Below, one piece after another: positions 19,948 through 29,193 of a DNA stretch of 64,000 nt. Within the stretch, counting starts at the first letter, position 1. The number at the start of each line of letters is the position of its first letter. This stretch comes from Spirochaetota bacterium (lineage in GTDB: Bacteria; Spirochaetota; UBA4802; UBA5550): assembly GCA_963664815.2 (NCBI GenBank), contig CAXXHB010000003.1, positions 3,904,001 to 3,968,000 on the forward strand. Reading direction: 5' to 3'. Below the pieces are notes generated by a model that ran no database searches, was not told the DNA's origin, and saw nothing but the letters and a program-made list of their open reading frames with translations. Position numbers and translations under genes: made by a program.

Positions 19948-20433
19948 GTTTTTAACATGGTCTTCATACTGCTTAAATCCCGTTTTAACAGATTTACTTT
20001 TATCTTTTGCTGCATTAATATTTCTCTGCCCATCTGCTGATCTGCTGTTTCCTGAATAGCCACAGGTATATTCTGTATCTTCGCCGGAAGCAGATACAAC
20101 CACTGCATCCCCTGTTCCGCTGCTTCCCGATGGAGTTACAGGGGAACCAGGCGCAATTCCCCTGAGATATTCCGACATAAAGAGATTGTAACCTGACCTC
20201 TTTTTCCTCTTAGCCCTTATTCTGTAAACAGACTTCTCCTCTTCCGGAAGTACCTGCCATGCCTTTACACTGCCGCCGAAGTTACCCCTGCATTTAACCT
20301 GCGGTTCCGTGCGCGGGTTGGCCGGTATTGTGCGTCTCTTTATGTAGATTTTACCATAGCGTCTGTAAAGCACAAGATCATCCAGACCTCCATGTGCAGT
20401 TCTTAAATAGGGGTGAAGCTTAACTTTTGCCAT
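19894..20433 (-). CDS. Basic hypothetical protein, DUF6266-like N-terminus with HMG-box-like helices and a low-complexity tail
   Basis: RBS AAGGAG before ATG 20433; G.L..LV.YRRYGKIYIKR..PANPRT..Q..R..F...W..L..EEK..Y...A...SGYNLF. Very Lys/Arg-rich core of about 92 aa. Confidence 0.8.
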   Translation of the reverse strand: MAKVKLHPYLRTAHGGLDDLVLYRRYGKIYIKRRTIPANPRTEPQVKCRGNFGGSVKAWQVLPEEEKSVYRIRAKRKKRSGYNLFMSEYLRGIAPGSPVTPSGSSGTGDAVVVSASGEDTEYTCGYSGNSRSADGQRNINAAKDKSKSVKTGFKQYEDHVKNRFNTVSTSLPAEKNARL

Positions 20434-20699
20434 AGATTTACGCTCCTTTCTGCTGTTATATTGAGATTTATGTCTCCTATAACCAGTCCGGAAAAGCAAA
20501 TGACATGGGGCAAGCAGAATTTTAAAAAAAATGCATGAATTAAAAAACCAACTGTAATAAACTGACTTGTACCCACATTTCCAGCTGATGAACGAGTCTT
20601 TATTTATTACATGCCCTGGATGAATATTCCATTCCAGAGATGTTTAATATCTTGAAAAATCTGAAGGATTGGAACAAATTGTAAATAACAGGTGAACAG

Positions 20700-21629
20700 A
20701 TGAAAAAAAAGACAGCTGTAATAATATCAGTTATACTTACCATAATTCTTATTATTGGAGTCTGCTCATATACATGCTATAATTATTTTATCAGTTCCAC
20801 TAAAAACATGCAGATAGTAATGGAAAACCTTCATTCCGGCATTAAAACAGAACTGACGCATGAAGGGATTAATATTAATCCCAGGTTTTCAGAAAGCGGC
20901 GACTATGTATATTTTCTGAGCAGACCGTACGAGGGGAGTAAAATTCAAAAAAATCAATTATCCGTATATTCATTAAAAAATATGAAAATTGTGAAATCAG
21001 TTACACCGTATATTGATAATATAACACTTACTACTTCGATTCTGCCAGGGAATAAAATACTTTGCTATCGCGAAGATGAAGATCATGAAAATATCTGTAT
21101 ATATTCAACAGATGACGGTAAAATAACTCAATTGACTGACGACGTCAATAAAAAATCGGATGCACTTATTTCACCGGATGGTAAATGGATTTCATATATT
21201 GAAGAAGATATAAAAAGCTCGAGAAAAAATATATGTATAATAACATCCAAAGGGGATAAAAAAATATATATATCTCAAAGCAGCGGCATTTTTTCTGATG
21301 TGAAATATTATACGTGGACTAATGACTCAAAGAGTATCGGTTATATTGAGTTTTTAACCCTGATAGTAAAATCAGTAGATGGTTTAAAAACTGAAAAAGC
21401 TGATTTAACAGGACTGACAAATTTCAAATGCATTCTGCCTGAACCGCTGAATCCTGACAGTTATATAATAGTTGCAAGACAGGCCGGGACCGATTTATCA
21501 TTTTCGATACTTATTGTTTCCGTAAAAGAAGACAATTTCAAACCATGGAAAGAAAAAAGATCATTCTGGGAGATATTTTATTCAATATCTCCTGATGGTT
21601 CAAGAATTGTATATTCGGATAAAAGATGA
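20700..21629 (+). CDS. TolB-like (PD40) beta-propeller protein, membrane-anchored
   Basis: N-terminal TM; NPRFSESG, ISPDGKWI and ISPDGSRIVY repeats. Confidence 0.85.
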   Translation: MKKKTAVIISVILTIILIIGVCSYTCYNYFISSTKNMQIVMENLHSGIKTELTHEGININPRFSESGDYVYFLSRPYEGSKIQKNQLSVYSLKNMKIVKSVTPYIDNITLTTSILPGNKILCYREDEDHENICIYSTDDGKITQLTDDVNKKSDALISPDGKWISYIEEDIKSSRKNICIITSKGDKKIYISQSSGIFSDVKYYTWTNDSKSIGYIEFLTLIVKSVDGLKTEKADLTGLTNFKCILPEPLNPDSYIIVARQAGTDLSFSILIVSVKEDNFKPWKEKRSFWEIFYSISPDGSRIVYSDKR

Positions 21630-21933
21630 TGAACTATTAAAACGATTCATAATATACCGGGTGTGCCGGAATTTATAATCATTGTTCCATCAATACCCTT
21701 TGCAATAGATTTGTAATAAGAAACAGATGGCGTAGATATGTCTAAAAAAAGTCTAACTCGAGTTATTTATATAAAATAAAAAACACAAAACTGAATAACA
21801 CTTAACTTTTTATAATCTTCATAATAATAATTAATTGCAATTCAGAAAGTAAAATATTATAGTCAGCATATAACAGTCTATATAATTCAGTTAACCGGTA
21901 TTTTCAAAAAATCCAGAGAATGTAGAAATAAAC

Positions 21934-23199
21934 ATGACATGGTTATCTTATCCAACTTTAATATTCATGAATGCTGTAACACTTGCATTAATGTCATTAT
22001 CTCTTTTTATTCTTGCATGGCTTGAAAAGACAAATGGGATCAATAAAGCATATTTTATAATAGCACTCTCTTTTCTTTTTAATTCCATCAAACAGTTTTT
22101 TTCATTATCTGCTATTTTCTTTAATCTTAATGTCCTCAGAATATCTGCCGATGGATTTTATATTCTGTATGAATTACTTTTTCTGACAGGAATAATGATT
22201 TATTGCAGATACAGAAACAAAATACATCTCTTTACAGCTATTTCCATAATTACATTTATATGGGTAATTTATGCTTATACAAATGAATTGAAATTCCCCC
22301 AGTCAGGAATACCTCAGAGGGCAGCAGGTGCATTATTTGAGGGTCTTGCCGGTTTCTATTTCTACCTCAGATATAAAAAGACCGGTAATTCAATGATTCT
22401 TATGTTTATAATCGTAGTATGGATTAACGCGCTCAATACTTTGAGTTATCCATTTACTTTCAATACATGGTACAGACCGTTCGGATTTGCGGTTTTTACT
22501 GTCAGTTCAATATTAATGGGTATAGGATTTATTATAATTGCCTTATCTGAAGAAAAGATTGTAATAAAAGAATCCGAACAGAAAATAACATTACTTCTTG
22601 AAGAAAAAAAACTTCTTCTCAGGGAGGTTCATCACAGGATTAAAAATAATATGAATACCATCCGGGGACTTCTTACTCTTCAGCTGTCTGCAGTTGAAGA
22701 TCCCAGGGTAATAGCATCCCTCAGTGATGCGGAGAGCCGTGTTCAGAGCATGATTCTGCTGTATGAAAAACTATACTCCGGTGAAAACTACAGGGAATTA
22801 TCCATCAAAGACTATCTTGAATCCCTGATAGTTGAAGTTGTCGGAAGTTTTCACAACAGCAGTATTGTGAAGATTGAAACAGAGATTGATGATGTTATCT
22901 TAAATGTAAATATGCTCACCCCCATCGGCATAATAACAAACGAACTTATAACAAACATAATGAAATATGCTTTTACCGGGAAAGAGAGCGGAATAATAAC
23001 CGTATCAGCTAAATTGGAACAGAAACATGAAATCATCATTATACAGGATAACGGTATGGGAATTTCTGAATCAATAAGCTTTGATAAATCCAGCGGTTTC
23101 GGCCTTGGTCTTGTCGGATTGTTAGCAGAACAGATCGGTGGCAATATAAGAATAGAACGGGGAAAAGGCACCAGGTTTATTATTGAATTTGATATATAA
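21934..23199 (+). CDS. Multi-TM sensor histidine kinase (HisKA_2/HWE type), no adjacent response regulator
   Basis: About 7 TM helices; LLREVHHRIKNN, NELITNIMKYAF, DNGMG, GFGLGLV. Confidence 0.93.
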   Translation: MTWLSYPTLIFMNAVTLALMSLSLFILAWLEKTNGINKAYFIIALSFLFNSIKQFFSLSAIFFNLNVLRISADGFYILYELLFLTGIMIYCRYRNKIHLFTAISIITFIWVIYAYTNELKFPQSGIPQRAAGALFEGLAGFYFYLRYKKTGNSMILMFIIVVWINALNTLSYPFTFNTWYRPFGFAVFTVSSILMGIGFIIIALSEEKIVIKESEQKITLLLEEKKLLLREVHHRIKNNMNTIRGLLTLQLSAVEDPRVIASLSDAESRVQSMILLYEKLYSGENYRELSIKDYLESLIVEVVGSFHNSSIVKIETEIDDVILNVNMLTPIGIITNELITNIMKYAFTGKESGIITVSAKLEQKHEIIIIQDNGMGISESISFDKSSGFGLGLVGLLAEQIGGNIRIERGKGTRFIIEFDI

Positions 23200-23318
23200 T
23201 TTTCCAGCAGACTCCATCGTTGATTTCACACCGGAAAGGGTATCTGAATATTGTGTTCCAAAAAATTCTTGCTTTTAAAAAAACATTAGATCAAGATTAC
23301 ATCATATGGTCTGCAAAT

Positions 23319-23960
23319 ATGGAACAGAATCTGAATAAAATAGAAAACACATACAACACCGTGGCAAAGGAGTACGCTGAAACTTTCGCCGGCGAACATG
23401 AAAAGAAACCGATGGACATTGAAGTACTTTGCAGATTTATAAAAGCAGTCGGCAACAGAGAGCCCGTGTGGGATTTCGGATGCGGACCGGGACATACTGC
23501 CGCATATATGAAGAGACTCGGTATTGAAATATCGGGGCTGGATATCTCTGAAAAAACAGTTGAGCTGGCTAAAACAGCTCATCCGGGGGTACATTTCCGG
23601 AAGGGTAATATTCTCAACCTTGAATTTAAAAACAATTCTCTGGCCGGTGTTATCGCTTTCTACGCCATAGTACACTTCACGGAAGAACAGGTTATTACAG
23701 CATTCAGTGAAATATTCCGGGTATTACAACCGGGAGGAATTTTCCTTTGCACTTACCATATTGGAAATGAAATAATCAATGTGAATGAATTTCTTGGCAG
23801 GAAAACAGATATTGATTTCATGCTTTTTTCATCGAACTTTATTTTCAGTTCACTTGATAAAACCGGTTTTGAAAAGATTGAGACAACAGAGAGAGAACCC
23901 TATCCCGGTGTGGAATACCAAAGCCGGAGGGCATATGTATTTGCAGCCAAACCAGCCTGA
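23319..23960 (+). CDS. Class I SAM-dependent methyltransferase
   Basis: DFGCGPG, GLDIS, FRVLQPGG; probable start ATG 23319. Confidence 0.92.
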   Translation: MEQNLNKIENTYNTVAKEYAETFAGEHEKKPMDIEVLCRFIKAVGNREPVWDFGCGPGHTAAYMKRLGIEISGLDISEKTVELAKTAHPGVHFRKGNILNLEFKNNSLAGVIAFYAIVHFTEEQVITAFSEIFRVLQPGGIFLCTYHIGNEIINVNEFLGRKTDIDFMLFSSNFIFSSLDKTGFEKIETTEREPYPGVEYQSRRAYVFAAKPA

Positions 23961-24083
23961 TAATGATATAAAAAAGATGTGCTCCAGATTTTATTCCGTA
24001 TTGAATCAGTATAAGGGATCAGTTTTAAATCAAAATCAGATATAATGTATTGAAAATACATTATATAAAACGGGAGAGTCAAA

Positions 24084-24509
24084 GTGGAAACAGCGAGTCT
24101 GAACAATTGTTTCGGCTGCGGGAAGGATAATACTGCCGGGCTGCACCTTAAAAACAGTTACAAAGATAACAAATCACATATTGATTTCGAGGTAAAAAAT
24201 GAATTTTGCGGTCACCCGGGGCTTCTGCATGGTGGAATAATCGGTATTCTCTTTGATGAAGTAATGTTTCATGCAATTGCGCAATCAGGTATTGAAGTTG
24301 TTACTCTTAATATGAATGTAAATTACAAAAATCCTGCATTTGAAGGTGATCATCTTTGCTGCGAGGGATGGATGGAAAAACGCGACGGAAGAAGAATAGA
24401 CGTAGCAGCTGTAATTACCAGCAGCAGAACAGGAAAAATTATTGCGGAAGGGATGGGTAAATTTCTGGAGGTTGATCTGAAGGAATTTTTAACATCCGGA
24501 AAAATGTGA
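24084..24509 (+). CDS. PaaI-family thioesterase
   Basis: CFGCG.DN..GL, HGGIIG.LFDE; GTG start after GGGAGAG. Confidence 0.92.
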   Translation: METASLNNCFGCGKDNTAGLHLKNSYKDNKSHIDFEVKNEFCGHPGLLHGGIIGILFDEVMFHAIAQSGIEVVTLNMNVNYKNPAFEGDHLCCEGWMEKRDGRRIDVAAVITSSRTGKIIAEGMGKFLEVDLKEFLTSGKM

Positions 24510-24510
24510 C

Positions 24511-25224
24511 ATGAAAAGCACAGACAAACAGCTGCTAAGCAGAGGTTTTGTTTCTGATGTAATGCTGAGTACTTTCAGCAGTTTTGATCAGACACAGTTA
24601 CTTGATTTGCTGAACAGCCCGGAAGCATACGAAAGAACGGCATCAGTAAAACTGTTGAAAAATTATAAAAATGAAGAGCATCTGAAACTTTTTTGCCGTC
24701 TGCTTAAGACGGAAAATCAACTCTATACAAAACTGGCATTATCTGAAGCAATTGAAGAGTATGGCCATGCCGCACTCCCGTTTTTAATTCCGCTTCTTGG
24801 CAAAATAGGCTCCAACCAGCACAAAGTGGCCGCCCTTGTCGATCTTGGCAAGAACTCTTTTCCTCTTCCACGTGATATTGCAGGGCGTATTATAATCAGA
24901 ATCGGCGCCCATGCCCTTCCATCCCTGGAAAATGTATTATCTGCCGGTGAAAGAAATCAGATCAGTGAAGCCATTGACGCAATAGGGCATATAGTTTTCA
25001 ATTACAAATGCAGTTTTGATGTGAATATTTTAATAAAACTGATGAATGATTCTCCGGATGATGAACTTATAACATGGAAGATAATCCGCTGTTTCCAGTC
25101 ATTCGGAGGTGACCCTGTTCTGGAGATATTAAAATATTTTATTGATAATTCCTCTAACAGAATATTTGTCGAGGAAGCGAAAAGAAGCCTTGACCGGATA
25201 ATAAAAAAAACAGCGAAACAGTGA
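24511..25224 (+). CDS. HEAT-repeat protein
   Basis: Helical repeats (ALPFLIPLL, IIRIGAHALPSL, SEAIDAIG); operonic spacing with neighbours. Confidence 0.75.
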   Translation: MKSTDKQLLSRGFVSDVMLSTFSSFDQTQLLDLLNSPEAYERTASVKLLKNYKNEEHLKLFCRLLKTENQLYTKLALSEAIEEYGHAALPFLIPLLGKIGSNQHKVAALVDLGKNSFPLPRDIAGRIIIRIGAHALPSLENVLSAGERNQISEAIDAIGHIVFNYKCSFDVNILIKLMNDSPDDELITWKIIRCFQSFGGDPVLEILKYFIDNSSNRIFVEEAKRSLDRIIKKTAKQ

Positions 25225-25910
25225 ATAACATGAGTTTAAGTATTGATAAATCATTAAACTGCCATGAAAACATTAATCAACGGTTTTCATTATGGCTTAA
25301 GCAGGAAATACAATCAATGAAAACAGGTGACGCGGTTAATGTACCATGCGGCGAGTGTACTGCGTGCTGCACTTCATCTTATTTTATACATATAAAACCT
25401 CATGAAATGAATACAATTTCAAAGATCCCCAGAAAACTGATGTTCCCTGCCCCCGGAATGCCCGAAGGTAATTTATTACTCGGGTACGATAAGAACGGCA
25501 ACTGCCCGATGTTCATTAATAACAGATGCTCGATATATGAATATCGTCCTCAAACCTGCCGGACATATGATTGCCGGATATTTGCGGCAACAGGACTACC
25601 GGTAGAGGATGACAGAGAATTAATATACCGGAAAACGAGACAATGGGAATTCGATCTTTCCGGAAAAGAAGACGCCATGACTTTTAAGGCGGTACGCACC
25701 GCTGCAGCGTTCTTCAAAGAGCACAGAGACTGCTTTCCTGCAGGATTTATTCCCGTCAGTACACCCCAACAGGCAATGCTTGCGGTACTGGTTTACGAAG
25801 TGTTTCTTAATCTTCCCTATAGAGAAGGAAAAGATGAGAACAATAATCTCACACGCGAAATCGCAGGTAAGATTATTGAAATATACGAAAAATTTGAAAG
25901 AGGGGAATAA
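25221..25910 (+). CDS. YkgJ-family Zn/Fe-chelating cysteine-cluster protein
   Basis: CGECTACC...CPMF...CSIYEYRPQTCRTYDC. Confidence 0.9.
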   Translation: MNNMSLSIDKSLNCHENINQRFSLWLKQEIQSMKTGDAVNVPCGECTACCTSSYFIHIKPHEMNTISKIPRKLMFPAPGMPEGNLLLGYDKNGNCPMFINNRCSIYEYRPQTCRTYDCRIFAATGLPVEDDRELIYRKTRQWEFDLSGKEDAMTFKAVRTAAAFFKEHRDCFPAGFIPVSTPQQAMLAVLVYEVFLNLPYREGKDENNNLTREIAGKIIEIYEKFERGE

Positions 25911-25966
25911 AACTCATCCTCAATCCCCCGAATGCCGCGCCCCACAAATTCACTTCATGTTACCTG

Positions 25967-27637
25967 TTACGGCACAAACCTCTTCACAAGTGGTATCCGT
26001 CTTCCAACACCGAATGCCTTTGATGTTATTTTAAGCCCCGGTGCTGCCTGAAATCTTTTATATTCATTCATATTAACAAGACGAAGAACAAAGTCAACTG
26101 TTTCCCTGCTATATCCATGCTTTTCAATTTCATCAGCGGACATACGCTGTTCGACATAAAGTTCAATTATTCCGTCGAGGATATCGTATGGGGGGAGAGA
26201 ATCCTGATCTTTCTGCCCTGGTCGCAGTTCAGCCGATGGTGCCTTCTCGATTATCTCACGCGGGATGATATCTCTCCCCGCTTTACGGTTTATATATTCA
26301 GACAGCTCATACACAATGGTTTTAGGGAGGTCAGCAATCACTGCCAGCCCGCCGCACATATCACCATACATGGTGCAGTAGCCTGTTGCACACTCGGACT
26401 TGTTCCCGGTAGTGAGAAGCATGGCGCCGGTTTTATTGCTTACAGACATAAGCAGTGTCCCACGGATTCTTGCCTGTATATTCTCCTCTGTCACATCTTC
26501 ATCCATGCCGCGGAAAATCACATCAAGATCGTTTCTGTACTGGTCGTAAAGCCCTTTTATAGGAACAGTTTCAATTCTGATCCCAAGATTTTCCGCAAGC
26601 TTATAAGAATCATCAACACTCCCCGAAGACGAATATATTGAAGGCATGGTAATTCCGAATACATTTTCCGCACCAAGCGCATCACAGGCAATAACTGCAG
26701 TGAGGGCTGAATCTATTCCCCCGCTAAGTCCCAGTACAGCCCTCCGGAAACCTGTCTTGACTATATAATCCTTTACTCCAAGTGCAAGCCCCTTTCTTAT
26801 ATCCCCAATATCATCAATTTCAATCTTCAGCTTATTTCCGCTGTCCAGTTCAAGGAACAGCAGATCCTCCTCAAAGCCTTTTGCATGGGCATATATCTCG
26901 CCCTTTCTGTTTATACAAAAACTGTTACCGTCAAATATCAGTGAATCGTTACCGCCGGTCTGGTTGGCATATACTATTGATATGCCATTCTCAAGTGCAA
27001 GATGTGAAAGCATCTCCATCCTCACCTGTCTCTTTCCCTTTATATAAGGTGAAGCTGATATGTTTATTATCACATCTGCGCCTTTGCTGACAAGCTGCCT
27101 TACTGGGTCGACATTATACCTCCCCTTTTCCAGAAACCTGCTGTTGTCGGTATTGAGTGCTGTCCAAATATCCTCACAGATTGTAAGACCGATTTTTCTT
27201 CCCATAAATTCAAATACCGAAGATCCTGCTGCGGGTGAGAAATACCTGTACTCGTCAAAAACATCATATCCGGGAAGCAGTGTCTTATCCTGCCTGAATA
27301 TTACTTCACCATTCTGTATAACGGCCGCTGAATTAAAAAGCATCGGGGGGTTGGCCTTATTGTAATCGACAAACCCCAGAATCACTGTACACTTAAGACT
27401 GCTGCAGAAACCTTTTATTAACTCAAGCGATTTCAGGTTGTCATCAACGAGTTTGCTGCTTTCAAGAAGGTCCATTGGAGGGTACCCGACTGTAGACATC
27501 TCCGGGAAAATTACAAGGTTGGCATTCTGCAATTCCGCCTCTTTTATAAAAGATAAAATTTTATTTTTATTTCCTTCGATATCTGCTACAACAGGATTAA
27601 TCTGAGCTATTGCTATTTTCATGATTCTGTTTTTCAC
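25967..27637 (-). CDS. nadE: Glutamine-dependent NAD+ synthetase
   Basis: Nitrilase domain (FPE, K.LLP.Y.VFDE, ICEDIW) plus GLSGGIDS, ENIQARIRG, TGNKSE, PSAEL. Start GTG 27637 or ATG 27622. Confidence 0.97.
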   Translation of the reverse strand: MKNRIMKIAIAQINPVVADIEGNKNKILSFIKEAELQNANLVIFPEMSTVGYPPMDLLESSKLVDDNLKSLELIKGFCSSLKCTVILGFVDYNKANPPMLFNSAAVIQNGEVIFRQDKTLLPGYDVFDEYRYFSPAAGSSVFEFMGRKIGLTICEDIWTALNTDNSRFLEKGRYNVDPVRQLVSKGADVIINISASPYIKGKRQVRMEMLSHLALENGISIVYANQTGGNDSLIFDGNSFCINRKGEIYAHAKGFEEDLLFLELDSGNKLKIEIDDIGDIRKGLALGVKDYIVKTGFRRAVLGLSGGIDSALTAVIACDALGAENVFGITMPSIYSSSGSVDDSYKLAENLGIRIETVPIKGLYDQYRNDLDVIFRGMDEDVTEENIQARIRGTLLMSVSNKTGAMLLTTGNKSECATGYCTMYGDMCGGLAVIADLPKTIVYELSEYINRKAGRDIIPREIIEKAPSAELRPGQKDQDSLPPYDILDGIIELYVEQRMSADEIEKHGYSRETVDFVLRLVNMNEYKRFQAAPGLKITSKAFGVGRRIPLVKRFVP

Positions 27638-27872
27638 TCCTCACCCACAGGTAAAAAACTTTTTCCTATCAGACGGAAAAAGTTTTTTAATAATTTTTTC
27701 AATGTTAATTTTTAAATATCACAACAATTATTATAATCCGGCAATGCTCAATAAAATTTTAATGAATTCAGTTTAAATATATGTAAACTAATCGCGTTTT
27801 AAGTATTATAAATGGAAATCAGGGTTTAAAAAAAACAAGTTAATTTTATCCTGCCTTACAGATATAATTTAA

Positions 27873-29102
27873 ATGGCGGATTTAAACATGAAAGAAAATT
27901 TATCTATAGAAGATATTATAAACAGAGAGCTTGTTACAACATACTACCAGCCACTGGTTTCAATAAAAAGAAAACAGGTTATAGGATTTGAAGCTTTAAG
28001 CAGGGGGGTAGACACAACTAAAGGAACAATTATACCTCCCGGAGTACTTATCGAAGGGGCGGAAAAAAACGGTTTCATCCTTGAACTTGACAGACTTTTC
28101 CGAAAAAGGGCCCTCGAAAATTTTAAAGATTACCATACCGGGAACAGACAGTCTTTACTATCTGTCAACCTGGACAGCTCTGCAATCCGTTCAGGGCTTG
28201 GATCAAAGCATTTTCTGAAAAGCGTTGAAAAATGCGGGATAGATCCATCATGCATAATAATTGAGATCCTGGAATCAGAAGTTGATGATATAAATATACT
28301 GGTTGATTTTGTAAATCATTATAAGTCAGAGGGTTTTATGATAGCCATGGATGATTTCGGCGCAGGATTTTCCAACTGGGATCGTATCATCAAACTCAAA
28401 CCGGATATAATTAAACTCGACATTTCAATTGTAAGGGGTATAGATACCGATTTTATAAAACAGGAGGTTGCCCGCTCGCTTATAAAATTGTCCCACAATA
28501 CCGGTTCGCTTGTTTTTGCAGAGGGGATTGAAACCGAAGAGGAAGCACTGAAAATGCTTGAACTTAACGCAGATATATTACAGGGTTTTTTTCTTGCGGA
28601 ACCTCTGCCAATTGAACAAAGCAATAACAATCTGATTTCCGACAAGATTGATTCAGTTTCAAAATCATTCAGAAGAACAAGAGACCTTGCGATAAAACTC
28701 CAGGAAATAGAATTGGAAAAATACAGTACACTCACCGATAAAATACTGAAAAATCTTGAAACAAGCGATACGGATCTCCCTGAAATTATTCCGGTTGAGA
28801 ATGAAACCGGAACGGATGAGATTGAATGTATATACATACTCAATGAATACGGCATACAGATAAGTGAAACAGTAGTAAGCAACAGGATTAAATGCTACCG
28901 CAAAAGCCGTATATTTCATCCTGATGATATCTACAGCGACCAGTCCAATAAAGATTACTATTTTAATCTTTTGAACGGTTCTGATAAATATATTTCCGAG
29001 CCGTACATATCAACTGCGACCGGGAATCTCTGCCTGACAATATCCAGAAAATATAAAAGCCCGGGAGGAAAAAGAATATTGTGTGTTGATATAAAGAAAT
29101 GA
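27873..29102 (+). CDS. EAL-domain c-di-GMP phosphodiesterase with C-terminal PDC/YkuI-like sensor
   Basis: YQP, FEALSR, IEILE, DDFGAGFS, KLD, AEGIE, QGF intact; C-terminal SEPYIS..TGNLCLT. Confidence 0.92.
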   Translation: MADLNMKENLSIEDIINRELVTTYYQPLVSIKRKQVIGFEALSRGVDTTKGTIIPPGVLIEGAEKNGFILELDRLFRKRALENFKDYHTGNRQSLLSVNLDSSAIRSGLGSKHFLKSVEKCGIDPSCIIIEILESEVDDINILVDFVNHYKSEGFMIAMDDFGAGFSNWDRIIKLKPDIIKLDISIVRGIDTDFIKQEVARSLIKLSHNTGSLVFAEGIETEEEALKMLELNADILQGFFLAEPLPIEQSNNNLISDKIDSVSKSFRRTRDLAIKLQEIELEKYSTLTDKILKNLETSDTDLPEIIPVENETGTDEIECIYILNEYGIQISETVVSNRIKCYRKSRIFHPDDIYSDQSNKDYYFNLLNGSDKYISEPYISTATGNLCLTISRKYKSPGGKRILCVDIKK

Positions 29103-29193
29103 GGTTTAATAATCAAAAACTTGACATTTTCATACTTATTATTAATTGTGGAAATTTGTAAAAAATCAGATTATACAGGCCAAGGAGAGGCGG

